DNA of 64,000 bases from Candidatus Bathyarchaeota archaeon (GCA_963768425.1 CAVYHV010000022.1:32001-96000); one strand, 5' to 3'; counted from the stretch's first letter, positions 40,885 to 51,279 are shown. Notes: a model not told the origin generated them from the letters alone. Program-made: numbers and translations.

Positions 40885-41292
40885 ATGGCCGAAGAGAATG
40901 ATTTAGATCAAATTCGATTAAGAAAGATTCAAGCTTTGCATGACCAAACCAAGAACCCAGAGCAGGCTAATAATCAACCCATGATAGTAACGGACAACAC
41001 TTTTCATAAATCTGTTCAAACACATGACCTTCTGGTTGTGGATTTTTGGGCTCCTTGGTGTGGCCCCTGCCGAATGGTAGGACCCATAATTGAGACATTA
41101 TCAGCTGAATATGCCGGTAAAGTAGCGTTTGGAAAAATGAACGTTGACGAGAATCAAATGGTGCCAAGCAGCTTTGGAGTAATGAGCATTCCAACTATAA
41201 TCATCTTTAGTCATGGCAAAGAAGTTGAGAGATTAGTTGGCGCTTACCCCAAAGCGCACATCGAATCAATGATTAAACGATATCTGGCATAG
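40885..41292 (+). CDS. trxA: Thioredoxin
   Basis: DFWAPWCGPC, SIPT. Confidence 0.95.
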   Translation: MAEENDLDQIRLRKIQALHDQTKNPEQANNQPMIVTDNTFHKSVQTHDLLVVDFWAPWCGPCRMVGPIIETLSAEYAGKVAFGKMNVDENQMVPSSFGVMSIPTIIIFSHGKEVERLVGAYPKAHIESMIKRYLA

Positions 41293-41311
41293 CAGTCGCA
41301 GAGGATAGCAC

Positions 41312-41467
41312 ATGACAAATGTTGAAGAAAAAATAGACGCAGTAAAAACACGGTTTGCTGGCGGCAAAAATCTCCCAGCTATCCGCTGGAACAGCTTATT
41401 GCGCAGGCGCGAATTTGTTGTGCCAAAAAATCCTTATATGTCAATGGCTTGGAAGAGGCTGTCATGA
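41312..41467 (+). CDS. Possible 51-aa hypothetical protein
   Basis: ATG after GAGGA; stop overlaps the next ATG (ATGA); no recognisable motif. Confidence 0.25.
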   Translation: MTNVEEKIDAVKTRFAGGKNLPAIRWNSLLRRREFVVPKNPYMSMAWKRLS

Positions 41468-41943
41468 CGGAACCAAAAAACGGTCGACCAATTTTCTTCC
41501 CAGAAAAACTGGTTCTCTTTGGTAACCTAGCGCTTTTCCTATGGATTGTTCTTGATTCAGTGGCTTTCCTGCTATATGATTTCACAATCGGTATTGTGTT
41601 TTTTGTCCTAACTCTTATCTTGATTTATGGTGTACTGCATATTCTGGGTTGTCTACGTCCATGCTACAATTGCATAAAATGCACTCATGGCATGGGACGC
41701 TTGGCAGCCTTGTACTTTGGCAGACGCATCTTTAAAGACTACAAATACAACTACAAACTGCCCACAGCAATATTTTTCACAATATACATCGGAGGGTTCC
41801 CCGCAGCCTTCGCACTTTACTCAGTCATCGTAGATTTCACGACCATCAAAGCAGCGGTGTTTGTGGCTCTTTTAGTGTTTACGATCTATAGTGCTTTAAC
41901 ATGGCGACCGAGAAAACCAAAAAACACAAAAGAGGTAGTATAG
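41464..41943 (+). CDS. Four-TM membrane protein with CxxxCYxCxxC motif
   Basis: Hydrophobic helices flanking GCLRPCYNCIKCTHGMGRLA. Confidence 0.7.
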   Translation: MTEPKNGRPIFFPEKLVLFGNLALFLWIVLDSVAFLLYDFTIGIVFFVLTLILIYGVLHILGCLRPCYNCIKCTHGMGRLAALYFGRRIFKDYKYNYKLPTAIFFTIYIGGFPAAFALYSVIVDFTTIKAAVFVALLVFTIYSALTWRPRKPKNTKEVV

Positions 41944-42070
41944 CCTCGGCGGAGTTTAACGTGATTAAACGTTTGTTGCTTGTTAGCTTACAAGGAATTT
42001 CGGCGCTTGCTTCAGTCAGTCGAACCATAAATCGCAATAAAGCCTTTAGGAAACCTTCCAAGTGAGGGCT

Positions 42071-42265
42071 ATGCATAAGGCGTGTATTGATCCAGAAAGG
42101 TGCGGTCATTGTGTTGAATGTAAGGCTGCTAAGATATGCCCATACAAGGCGATTAACCGAATTGATAGCAATGAACCGAGCGTTGTTGACGCTACATATT
42201 GCAGAGGGTGTGGCGACTGCACAGCAAAATGTCCAGCTAAAGCTATAAAGTTAAAAAGTAATTGA
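42071..42265 (+). CDS. Small 2x[4Fe-4S] ferredoxin
   Basis: CGHCVEC....CP and CRGCGDCTAKCP. Confidence 0.85.
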   Translation: MHKACIDPERCGHCVECKAAKICPYKAINRIDSNEPSVVDATYCRGCGDCTAKCPAKAIKLKSN

Positions 42266-42370
42266 TTTTAGGGTACTTTTTCAAAGACCCAAGTCTTGTA
42301 AAAGTTTATTTCTGAGGGATATCAGAATAAACATGTCTGATTTTCTTTTCAGGAAAAGGGAGGTGATTGA

Positions 42371-42655
42371 ATGTTATTTGAGGCAACACATAAACACCAA
42401 GCTTCTCAGTGTCCTCTGCTGACATCTGAAGGCAAAGGCATGCTCAAAAAACTGTTTTCCGACGAGAACGTCAAGAATGCTGGAGTCAAAATAGTCGCTG
42501 GCTACATGAGCTGCCCAGCCGACACATCAATAGATCACAAAGGTTTCTTCACGATAGAGGCGGATAGCCCGCTTGCAGTTTCAAAATTCTTCGGTCAGAT
42601 GGCGGTTGAAGTGAGGCCAGTCCAACCTTTAAGCGAAGTTGCAAAAAAGCTATAG
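42371..42655 (+). CDS. Small hypothetical protein (DUF3303/GYD-like)
   Basis: GGAGGTGA SD; H.H....CP, HKGFFTIEADS, EVRPV. Confidence 0.65.
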   Translation: MLFEATHKHQASQCPLLTSEGKGMLKKLFSDENVKNAGVKIVAGYMSCPADTSIDHKGFFTIEADSPLAVSKFFGQMAVEVRPVQPLSEVAKKL

Positions 42656-42689
42656 CGAACGAAAACACAATTGACGCCTCTTCACCACC

Positions 42690-42869
42690 CCGGCGATTCC
42701 CAACTGCCCCAGTTCGTTACGTATTGATTGTGGCGGAAGTCACCGCTAAAGGGTCGCATGCGTTAGGCATATTTGTTTCGTACATGGAGCAATCTTCATA
42801 CAGAATTTTTCCATGGAGACTGTAAACTTCCTCCTCTTCGAGAGTTAAACCCCAACGTTCACACTGCAT
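42690..42869 (-). pseudogene. Degraded, truncated paralogue of the Zn-finger-wHTH gene at 39870-40256
   Basis: MQCERWGLTLEEEEVYSLHGKILYEDCSMYETNMPNACDPLAVTSA aligns with MDCERCKAPLRDEEAYDLHGKVLCEDCYMYETNPPKACDPMAVASA. Confidence 0.8.
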
Positions 42870-43002
42870 TCTGAAAACCAAAATAATGCATCATCAGTCA
42901 ACCCTTATTTTTCTTATAGTCGAAAACCAATGAATCTTTAGGCATCCATGTTTTATATTTCGATATTGTTATAGGACATCCGAGTTCTAAAGGTCAAAAG
43001 AA

Positions 43003-45430
43003 TTGCCTAAAACACGTAGTGATCAAGATTCAAAAATTCAAGCGGAAGACACGTTCAACTTGAACTATGCGAATGGCTTGAATTCTTCGGAAGCCCAAGA
43101 AAAACAAAAGTTGTACTGGCCGCAACGAGGTTGCGGAGAAACAAGCAAGTCCGATTGTGGCATTTGCAAAAAAGTTTTGGGGTTTAGCTGCTTGGATGCT
43201 TGAAGTGGCAATTGTACTCTCGGCTGTTTTAGGAAAATATTTAGACGTTTACATTATCGCGGCCCTGTTGCTTGTAAACGCCGTTTTAGGGTTTATTCAG
43301 GAACAGCAGGCAACCCGTGCGGTAAAGGCGCTTAAGCAGAAGCTCCAGTTGCAAGCAAGAGTTCTTCGGGATGGCGTCTGGCAAACTGTGAACGCCGCTG
43401 AAATTGTTCCCGGAGATGTTGTCAGGGTTAGGTCGGGCGATTTCGTACCCGCGGACTTCAAGATTCTTGATTCCGAAGTCACCGTGGACCAATCAGCCAT
43501 TACGGGGGAGTCTCTTCCAGTCGAGAAAAATGCCGGCGACGTCGTCTACTCGGGATCGCTCGTTAAGAAGGGCGAGGTAACGGGGGTTATCACTGCGACC
43601 GGGGTGCAAACAATGTATGGGAAGACAGCTCAGCTTGTGCAGTTTGCCAAACCGAAGCTGCATATGGAAGGAGTCATCTCAAATCTAATGAAGTGGCTTC
43701 TTGTCATGGTGGTTTCGCTCCTTCTTGTCGCCGCCGCAGTTTCCTGGGCGCGCGGGCTAAACCTCTTGGACTTGTTGTCTTTAGCGCTGGTTTTGCTTGT
43801 GGCTGCAATTCCTGTTGCGTTACCCACGATGTTCACAATTACAATGGCACTTGGCTCCTACGAGCTAGCGGGAAAAGGTGTTTTGGTTACTAGACTTAGC
43901 GCCTCCGAAGACGCCGCCCTCATGGACGTACTGTGTGTTGACAAAACCGGAACTATCACGGAAAACAAACTGACAGTAGCTGATACAGCTGAAATGGGCA
44001 ACTACACGGAAGAGGACACGCTCATCTTCGGCGAGTTAGCGTCTCAAAGGGCAAACCAGGACCCTATAGATTTAGCGTTCTTTGCCGCTGTCGATGACAA
44101 AAAAATAAGGCTCGATGAATTTAAACAAACGAAGTTCACGCCTTTTGACCCCTCGACAAGAAGGACTGAGGCAATAGTTGAGAAGCAAGGCCAAACATTG
44201 CGGGTTACAAAAGGAGCGGTCTCGTCGATAACAGAAGTTTGCCAACCCACAAAAGAAGAACTTGCAGAAATTAATAGCAAAACGGATGCTTTCGCAGAGA
44301 AAGGCTACAGAGTTATCGCTGTTGCCGCTGGCAAAGAATCCGGCAGAATGGATGTGGTTGGGCTGGTAGCGCTTTATGACAAGCCGAGACCTGAATCAGC
44401 AAAACTGATAACGAAACTTCGATCTCTGGGAATAGCCGTGAAGATGTTGACAGGTGATTCGCAGCCGATTGCCACACAAATAGCCAAAGAAGTAGGTTTG
44501 GGAGAAAAAATAACTCGGATGGCTGACGTTGAAAAAAACGTGGGTAACGCTGTGGTTGCCGCTGAAATCGTCGATGAAATGGACGGTTTTGCCGAAATTT
44601 ACCCTGAAGGGAAGTACCGTATCGTTAAGGGTTTGCAGGTTGAAAACCACGTTGTCGGAATGACCGGCGACGGCATAAACGACGCGGCCGCGCTTAAGCA
44701 GGCCGAAGTTGGGATAGCGGTAAGCAACGCAACGGACGTGGCCAAAGGTTCAGCCAGCGTTGTCCTCACAGAAGAGGGCTTATCCAATGTTGTGGATTTG
44801 GTTATAACAGGCAGAATGATTTACCAGCGAATCTTAACATGGATATTTAACAAAATCGTCAAAACATTCCAAGTTATCTTGTTCGTCATCGTGGCTTTTC
44901 TGCTCACGGGTCTGTTTGTTGTCGGAGCTTTCCAAGTTGTTCTATTGCTCTTCCTAGTTGACTTCGTCACTATATCACTGTCCACAGACAACGTTACGCC
45001 CTCGGAGAAACCCGAAAGCTGGAATATCTCGCCGCTCGTTAAAGGAGCCACGCTTCTGGGCGTCGCAACCGTAATTGAATCATTGGGACTTCTGTATTTA
45101 GGTCTCAACTATCTAGGACTATCGAATACAGGCATGTTGAATACATTCTCTTTTGACATGCTGCTATTCGGCGGATTATTCACCATTTTTGTTGTTCGCG
45201 AAAGAAGCAACTTTTGGAACTCAAAACCAAGCCGACCCCTCCTAACCGCTGTAGCCGTAGACATAATAATTTCATCTTTAATCTCCATTATCGGAATTCC
45301 CGGGTTAACCCCTATACCCCCACTATACGTGGCTATGGCTTTGGGATGGTTCTTCGTGTTCGCTTTGTTGTTGAATGATCAGCTGAAGACGCGTTTGTTA
45401 CTGCATAATCCTTCAAAAACGAAAGGATAA
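43003..45430 (+). CDS. P3A-type (plasma-membrane H+-ATPase-like) P-type ATPase; frameshift near 43117
   Basis: GLNSSEA...YGRNEV, DQSAITGES, IPVALP, DKTGTIT, DPID, FTPFDP, KGA, TGD, GDGINDA. Confidence 0.88.
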
Positions 45431-45516
45431 GAAACAGCTTTGATAAATCTGCATTCGAACTTGAATCGGGTTTCTTGTCTAAAATTTAAATAGAATCAGT
45501 TTCATATGCTAGTTCC

Positions 45517-46575
45517 ATGAGCTCAAATAAGGTTGGTTTTGGAAACTCTCTTTTAACTGAAGTCGTTGAAACAGGAAAATGCGCAAGCTGCGGAACATGC
45601 GTTGTAACCTGCCCCTTCGGCAGCCTTGAACTTGTTAAGGGAAAGCCCAGTTTGATCAAAGAATGCAAGGTCTGCGGCATATGCGCCCAAGCCTGCCCGC
45701 GGTACAACTTGACAATGGCAAAAGCAGAAGAATTCACCTTCGGCAAAATCAGAAATCCGCAGGAAGAATTCGGAATTTACCGCCGAATAGCTGCAGCTCA
45801 AGCCAAAACAGGCGACATCCAGAAAGCACGTCAGGACGGAGGAGCCGCAACGGCGATGCTTGTTGCCGCCTTAAAGAACGGGTTAATTGATGGAGCAGTG
45901 GTCTCAGGAAAAAGTCAAGAAAAACCTTTCCTTCCGATCCCTGTTCTCGCTACGACTCCTGAGGAAATCGTTGAGGCAGCAGGAACAAAGTACACGTGCT
46001 CGTCAGCACTTCTAGCCCTGCCAGAAGTCATAAAACAGAAGAAAACCAAGGTTGCCTTCGTAGGCACGCCCTGTCAGATTCAAGCTATCCGAAAAATGCA
46101 AATGAACAACGTGAAGAAGATGAGCGCTCCGATCAAGTATCTTGTAGGTCTTATGTGCTCTGAATGCTTTGACTACGAAGGGCTAATGGAAACCCATATC
46201 AAAGGCAAACTTGGCATCAACCTAAATGACATAATAAAAATGAACATAAAAGGAAAAATGCTAGTCACCACGCCAACAGGGACCACCGCAATACCGCTAG
46301 CCGACATAAAGCCATACGTAAGAATGAGTTGCAGCGTGTGCGAAGACTTCAGCTCTGAACTTGCAGACGTGTCTGTTGGAGGGTTGGGACTTGATGGCTG
46401 GACATTCACGATTATTCGAACTGAAAAAGGCGAAGAGCTCTTCACAAACGCTGAAAAAGCTGGAATGCTTGAGTCAAAACCTATAGAAGAAGGATCCTTC
46501 TCGAAAGGGCTGCTGCTTAAGTTGACTAAGAAGAAAAAGGACTCGGCAGCAGCAAAAGCTCAGCCGAAACAGTAG
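45517..46575 (+). CDS. FrhB/FpoF-family F420-binding subunit with N-terminal ferredoxin
   Basis: CASCGTC...CP, CKVCGIC...CP, QDGG, GTKY, VGTPCQ, GLMCSECF, C..C.DFSSELADVSVG. Confidence 0.9.
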   Translation: MSSNKVGFGNSLLTEVVETGKCASCGTCVVTCPFGSLELVKGKPSLIKECKVCGICAQACPRYNLTMAKAEEFTFGKIRNPQEEFGIYRRIAAAQAKTGDIQKARQDGGAATAMLVAALKNGLIDGAVVSGKSQEKPFLPIPVLATTPEEIVEAAGTKYTCSSALLALPEVIKQKKTKVAFVGTPCQIQAIRKMQMNNVKKMSAPIKYLVGLMCSECFDYEGLMETHIKGKLGINLNDIIKMNIKGKMLVTTPTGTTAIPLADIKPYVRMSCSVCEDFSSELADVSVGGLGLDGWTFTIIRTEKGEELFTNAEKAGMLESKPIEEGSFSKGLLLKLTKKKKDSAAAKAQPKQ

Positions 46576-46736
46576 CATCCAGGCGAATGCCCATAGTGGG
46601 CACAGGCGCGAGATTGTTTGGACTATGTCGATCTAGCCAAGTGAAATGGTCGCTTCTTATTTAAACGCTAAGAGCATACTATGCAAAAGATTTTTTAATC
46701 TTAACCCATTTAGCCTTTAGCCGAGATGAAATCTCC

Positions 46737-47462
46737 ATGAAAATACTAAACGAGTTTGTGCCAACACGTAAATTCTTAAAGCTTGCAGATGAACTCAAGG
46801 ATCTAGTTGATGGATGGAACGTAACTGACGGCGCGGCTGGTTATCCAGCTCCAAGCGGCGTAGTAGTAAGCTGCCTACTCAAATACAAGTACCCAGACAA
46901 ATACGTCTGCCCAATCTTCATTCTAAAGTATAAAGGCCCAGTTGAAGTAGGAGGCCTAGCTTTAGCATCAGACGTCATCGGATTAGATGGTTTAGCAGTC
47001 ACCATGGGAGACAACCCAAAGTTTGGTGAGCCTATAACGATGCTGCCATCGTCTGAAGCAGCCAGAGACTTCATTCGCACTCAAGTCAAAACTAAAAACC
47101 TAAAACTCGGTTGCTTGTTAACTGCAAGACGCTCCATAGAAGAAACTCTTCAAAGGGTGCGTGAGCCATGGGACTTCGTATATTTCATGAGGCTAACTGA
47201 CGACTCATTCGAGGCACTCAAGGCGGTATCGGCCGAATGCAAAAAACTAAACAAGCCGCTCTTCGCATACTTCCTAGTCGGAACCGCTAAAAACGTCGAA
47301 ACCGTAAAAATGATCGGCTGGCCAGTCGCAGCAACAATGGATACAGTTGAAGAAAAAGCTGCAAAACTAAACGGTTTGGTCGACGGCATTATCGCAACAT
47401 GCGCCGGAGACGCCGAAGGCGACAAAGAAATGTTGCGAAAACTGCAGAAATTCAGAAGCTAA
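46737..47462 (+). CDS. MetF (methylenetetrahydrofolate reductase)-like flavoprotein, short form
   Basis: LNEFVP, WNVTDGAAG and VTMGDNP resemble the MTHFR TIM-barrel motifs. Confidence 0.55.
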   Translation: MKILNEFVPTRKFLKLADELKDLVDGWNVTDGAAGYPAPSGVVVSCLLKYKYPDKYVCPIFILKYKGPVEVGGLALASDVIGLDGLAVTMGDNPKFGEPITMLPSSEAARDFIRTQVKTKNLKLGCLLTARRSIEETLQRVREPWDFVYFMRLTDDSFEALKAVSAECKKLNKPLFAYFLVGTAKNVETVKMIGWPVAATMDTVEEKAAKLNGLVDGIIATCAGDAEGDKEMLRKLQKFRS

Positions 47463-47581
47463 ACCAAAGCTTCTATTTTCTATTTTATTATTTTTTTGAT
47501 AATTTTGTTGTGAATTATTTTTTCATGCCTGTGCAAGATAACCTTTTAAAGTGTTTGTTCTTGTAGTATTAGCCTTTAAAG

Positions 47582-48355
47582 ATGAGTGAAAACTGCATGG
47601 AACCAGTGAAAGTGATAGCTGTTGAGAATCTTCCGCTGATAAAAAAGGGAGACAACCTTGGGCAACTGATTGTTCAAGCAGCAGAAAAGCAGAAAACGCC
47701 CATCCAAGAAAAAGATGTCATTGTTGTGACCCATGTGGTCGTTTCTAAAGCTGAAGGTAATATCATTAACCTTGACGACGTAGTTCCCTCACAGCAAGCT
47801 AAAGAAATGGCGTTGAAGACAAATAAAGATCCAGCCTTGGTTGAGGTTGTCCTTCAAGAAACGAAAGAAGTCGTCAGATGCAGCAGGAACAGCATAATCG
47901 TAGAAACGAAAAACGGCATTATCTGCGCTAACGCTGGAGTCGACAGATCAAACGTTTCAGGTGACAGAAATGTTGTGCCTCTGCCAAAAGAACCGAATGT
48001 TTCAGCCCAGAACATTAGGAAAGAAATAAGACGGCTGACTGGCGCCGACGTAGCGGTAATCGTCTCCGACACGCATGGAAGACCTTTCCGCATTGGTGAA
48101 ATAAACGTGGCAGTCGGTGTAGCAGGAATCATGCCGATCAGAGATAGACGTGGCGAAAAAGACCTGTTCGGGTACGTCCTTAGAGTAAAACAAACAGCTG
48201 TAGCTGACGAGTTGTCCTCGGCAGCGGAACTGGTGATTGGCCAAGCGAATGAGGGTGTCCCCGCAGCAATCATCCGCGGCTACAATTACCAAAGTACAGA
48301 CAACGCCTCGACCATAGATCTTACGCGATCCAAAGAAAAAGACCTATTCAGATAA
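47582..48355 (+). CDS. cofE: Coenzyme F420-0:L-glutamate ligase
   Basis: P.IKKGDNL, VSKAEG, CANAGVDRSN, SDTHGRPFR.G, DLFG, ADEL, EGVP. Confidence 0.95.
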   Translation: MSENCMEPVKVIAVENLPLIKKGDNLGQLIVQAAEKQKTPIQEKDVIVVTHVVVSKAEGNIINLDDVVPSQQAKEMALKTNKDPALVEVVLQETKEVVRCSRNSIIVETKNGIICANAGVDRSNVSGDRNVVPLPKEPNVSAQNIRKEIRRLTGADVAVIVSDTHGRPFRIGEINVAVGVAGIMPIRDRRGEKDLFGYVLRVKQTAVADELSSAAELVIGQANEGVPAAIIRGYNYQSTDNASTIDLTRSKEKDLFR

Positions 48356-48365
48356 ACAAAAAATA

Positions 48366-48722
48366 TTGAGTTTGAACATGATGGAAGCTAAAATACCCAA
48401 GCAATACCTGGAGGAAGTACTTCCCTGTAAATTCAAGCCCGAAAAGGCGGGGGACTTCGATGTTATTACTCAACTGAACCTAACGGGACCAAACGGCGGT
48501 TGCTGGGTGCTTACACTGAAAAACCAAACATTAAAAGTCACAGAAGGAGCCCACCCGTCGCCTAACTTGACACTGACGGTCGCCGACGCAGATTTCATGG
48601 ATCTTGTAAACGGAAAACTGAAAACAACACAGGCTTTTTTCAACGGGAAAATCCATCTTAGCGGCAACCTTGTTTTAGCCTTAAAGCTAAAGGATGCGGG
48701 GTTGTTGGATTTTGAAGCATAG
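48366..48722 (+). CDS. SCP2 sterol/lipid-binding domain protein
   Basis: QLNLTGPNGG.W, DFMDLVNGKL...AFFNGKIHLSGN...ALKL. Confidence 0.85.
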   Translation: MSLNMMEAKIPKQYLEEVLPCKFKPEKAGDFDVITQLNLTGPNGGCWVLTLKNQTLKVTEGAHPSPNLTLTVADADFMDLVNGKLKTTQAFFNGKIHLSGNLVLALKLKDAGLLDFEA

Positions 48723-48851
48723 ACGAATTTTCGCCCTTTAACAAAACCGCACTTCCAATCAAACATAGCGGAGACAGAAAGCATAATTTTAAAACTGTTC
48801 ATCGCCAAATAGATGAGATTAATTTAACTCTGGTTAATCTTTCAAAGCTGG

Positions 48852-49500
48852 TTGGACATGTCTGCATATGCCGTAGTGCCTGTAAAGACTCTTTTGAAAT
48901 CCAAGACGAGACTCTCCAACTTTTTCACCCTTCAAGAACGGCCCCTTTTCACCCTAGCAATGCTTGAGGATGTCTTGAAGGCACTAAAGTCTTCGAAGGT
49001 CGAAAGGACTGTTGTTGTAAGCTCTGACTCAACAGTCGAGTGTTTAGTGAAAAACTTTGGGATGACTTTTCTCAATGAGACAAAGGTGGGTCTGAACCAA
49101 GCGCTCAATCAAGCGGTAAAATGGTGTGTCAAGAACAAAGCGGAACAGGTTTTAGTCTTGCCTGCAGATGTCCCACTTGTAACATCAAAAGACATAGATC
49201 ACACTTGTCAAGCTGGCGGTAAACAACTCCATGGTTATTTCCCCATCGCGAAACGGCGGAACCAACGCGCTACTGCAAACGCCTCCTGGAATAGTTTCAC
49301 TCTGTTTTGGACCCGACAGCTTCAAAAGGCACGTAAGCAAAGCGCAGCGTCAGACATGTTCACACCAAAATCTACGTCTCTTCAACCATCATGTTGGACA
49401 TCGACTCTGAAACAGATTTAGAACAACTCCTCAAGGGGCGAGCACACAGTTCCAAACAGCTTCTTCAACCAAGCTTTGCTTAAGATGCAAAGCATCTTGA
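48852..49500 (+). CDS. cofC: 2-phospho-L-lactate/PEP guanylyltransferase; frameshifts near 49203 and 49345
   Basis: VPVK...SKTRLS, AMLEDV, GLNQAL, PADVP; shifted frames give GGTNALL, FGPDSFKRH, LDIDSETDL; the end coordinate is approximate. Confidence 0.85.
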
Positions 49501-49528
49501 AGGAATTGACAGTAAACGCAAAAAAACC

Positions 49529-50076
49529 TCATTTCAACTCGAGCTTTTTTACGGTTTCCAAAGGCAAGGTCGTCTTCCCCAATTTTGAAAGTCTGAGGTT
49601 CATCAATTTTCACGATAGCTCTGAGCTCTTCAGGGTCAAGTTGCTGTATTAATTGGGTTAGCTGTTTCTTGGCTACGATCGAAATGCTTCTTAAAAGCAT
49701 CTTTGTCAGCGTACAGCATGCTCGCATAAGCGCAGATTTCACTTTTTTTTAGAAACCACTCAATCTTATTGGTGTAAAAATTAATGTCAAAAGTCACTGG
49801 GCCAGCGATGCAACTTTCAGGCTTAACGGCATGAACCATACATTTTCCTGTTTTCTTGTCGAAAAAACCGCAAAAAAGAAGCCCATCAACCGAAGGGTAA
49901 GAATAGCCTTCTTTAGCAAACGGTTCTATAAAGCTGATTTTCTGTTTCTGCATGTATTCTTTTAAGATTTTTTTCCTTTTTTCGGTCAGTGGCGGTTTCG
50001 CATCTTGACAGCAGCAGACTTTGCATCGGCTGCAGACATTGAATGAATAGGTCACTCCTTTGTCGTCTTTAGGCAT
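49529..50076 (-). CDS. YkgJ-family Cys-cluster (Zn/Fe-chelating) protein; frameshifts near 49678 and 49567
   Basis: CSRC..CC, CGFFD..TGKCMVHAVKPESC..GP, C. Confidence 0.8.
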
Positions 50077-50091
50077 GGCTTTTTCGCCTTT

Positions 50092-51279
50092 TTAGAAGCA
50101 GGGTTCATTATTGGATAGGCATTTAATAAGTGTTGAATAAACATCCAAGATTGCTTCATGAAAACTGGTTTTTTCGGCGCGACGACAAACTCTGTCCAAG
50201 ATGACTTCTGATAGGCTGCCTTTTTCCAGCCGCTTCTCAACAATCCACAGATATCTTTTTTCATCTGCGTCGGCGTATTCTTTTGCTAGGTCAACGTAGG
50301 CTTGGCACACTTGTTTTGCCGTTTTGCCATTGGGATTGGAGACTTTAGCGTTTAATCCTTCCTTAATGACGGCGTTAAAGTCGTGTACCAACAGGTCGTG
50401 TGGTAAAAGCTCGGCTTTCTTCGCGGCTAACCCTCTTAGAGCTGCACGGATAAAGCAGCTCAATGCAACGTCGGATTTAATGCATTCTTGCTCATCCATC
50501 ACCCTTACTTCAAGGGCCGAACGATCAAAACGGAAAATAACGCCTCTCGAGTTAATCCACTCGCGCCAAAGAATCGTTTTTTCAGCACCGGCTTGAGCTA
50601 AATCCTCGGAGTACTGAACGATAACGTCATGTTTGTACCTGCTAAATGAGGTTGTGTACTCGGGTACAACGTCCGCTGTTATGGATGGGATTTCCTTCTG
50701 GTTAACCTTGTAAAACTGAAGCCGATTGTCCCTGTCTGGACCAGCCTTGCCCTCGTAAATGGGGGAGGAAGCGGTGATTGCGGGAAGATAAGCGCACATG
50801 TTGGCAAGCAAATTATGCATTTGAATCCCGTCTTGCTCTTTTTGATACGGCAGATTCAGGTGGAAGCTTTGGATGTTCAGCCAGCCATGCTGGTTCAGGT
50901 TAAAGATTTTGGCGAATTCATTATAGATTCTTCTGTGGTAATGAGGCCAAACAGCGGTTTCTTCCAGATTAAGCAGGGGATGCATGCCTGTTCCAAGGAG
51001 TTTGGCACCGTGTTTCTGCACGATTTGGCTAAGTGTCAAAACCCCATTCTGCATTGTCTCCTCAAACTCTCCAGGGGATCTAAAAGGAGAGTTGGCTTTC
51101 AGTTCCATTACATGCATTTGAAGTTCTTTGCCAAAGGTGAAGGTTGGTAGTTCAACGAAGTTGATGGTTTTTCCACAGTAGCCTTTGATGATTTTGTCGG
51201 ATATGGGCAAAGGTTTCAGTTCGCTATCTACGAGCGCTAATTCATGTTCTGGTCCAAAGACTTCAAGGGGTTTGTACGT
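50092..51279 (-). CDS. Glutamate-cysteine ligase family 2 (GCS2) amidoligase
   Basis: Frame extends to YKPLEVFGPEHE; KELQMHVME, GTGMHP, QSFHLN, ASSP..EG, FDRSALEVRVMD.QE; start codon damaged or non-canonical. Confidence 0.88.
   Translation of the reverse strand, partial: TYKPLEVFGPEHELALVDSELKPLPISDKIIKGYCGKTINFVELPTFTFGKELQMHVMELKANSPFRSPGEFEETMQNGVLTLSQIVQKHGAKLLGTGMHPLLNLEETAVWPHYHRRIYNEFAKIFNLNQHGWLNIQSFHLNLPYQKEQDGIQMHNLLANMCAYLPAITASSPIYEGKAGPDRDNRLQFYKVNQKEIPSITADVVPEYTTSFSRYKHDVIVQYSEDLAQAGAEKTILWREWINSRGVIFRFDRSALEVRVMDEQECIKSDVALSCFIRAALRGLAAKKAELLPHDLLVHDFNAVIKEGLNAKVSNPNGKTAKQVCQAYVDLAKEYADADEKRYLWIVEKRLEKGSLSEVILDRVCRRAEKTSFHEAILDVYSTLIKCLSNNEPCF

Noticed and set aside
46588-46602. 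Hairpin TGCCCA-TAG-TGGGCA after the frhB-like gene
   Set aside because: Only 6 bp with no T-tract; no in-frame UGA upstream, so no case for SECIS or terminator.
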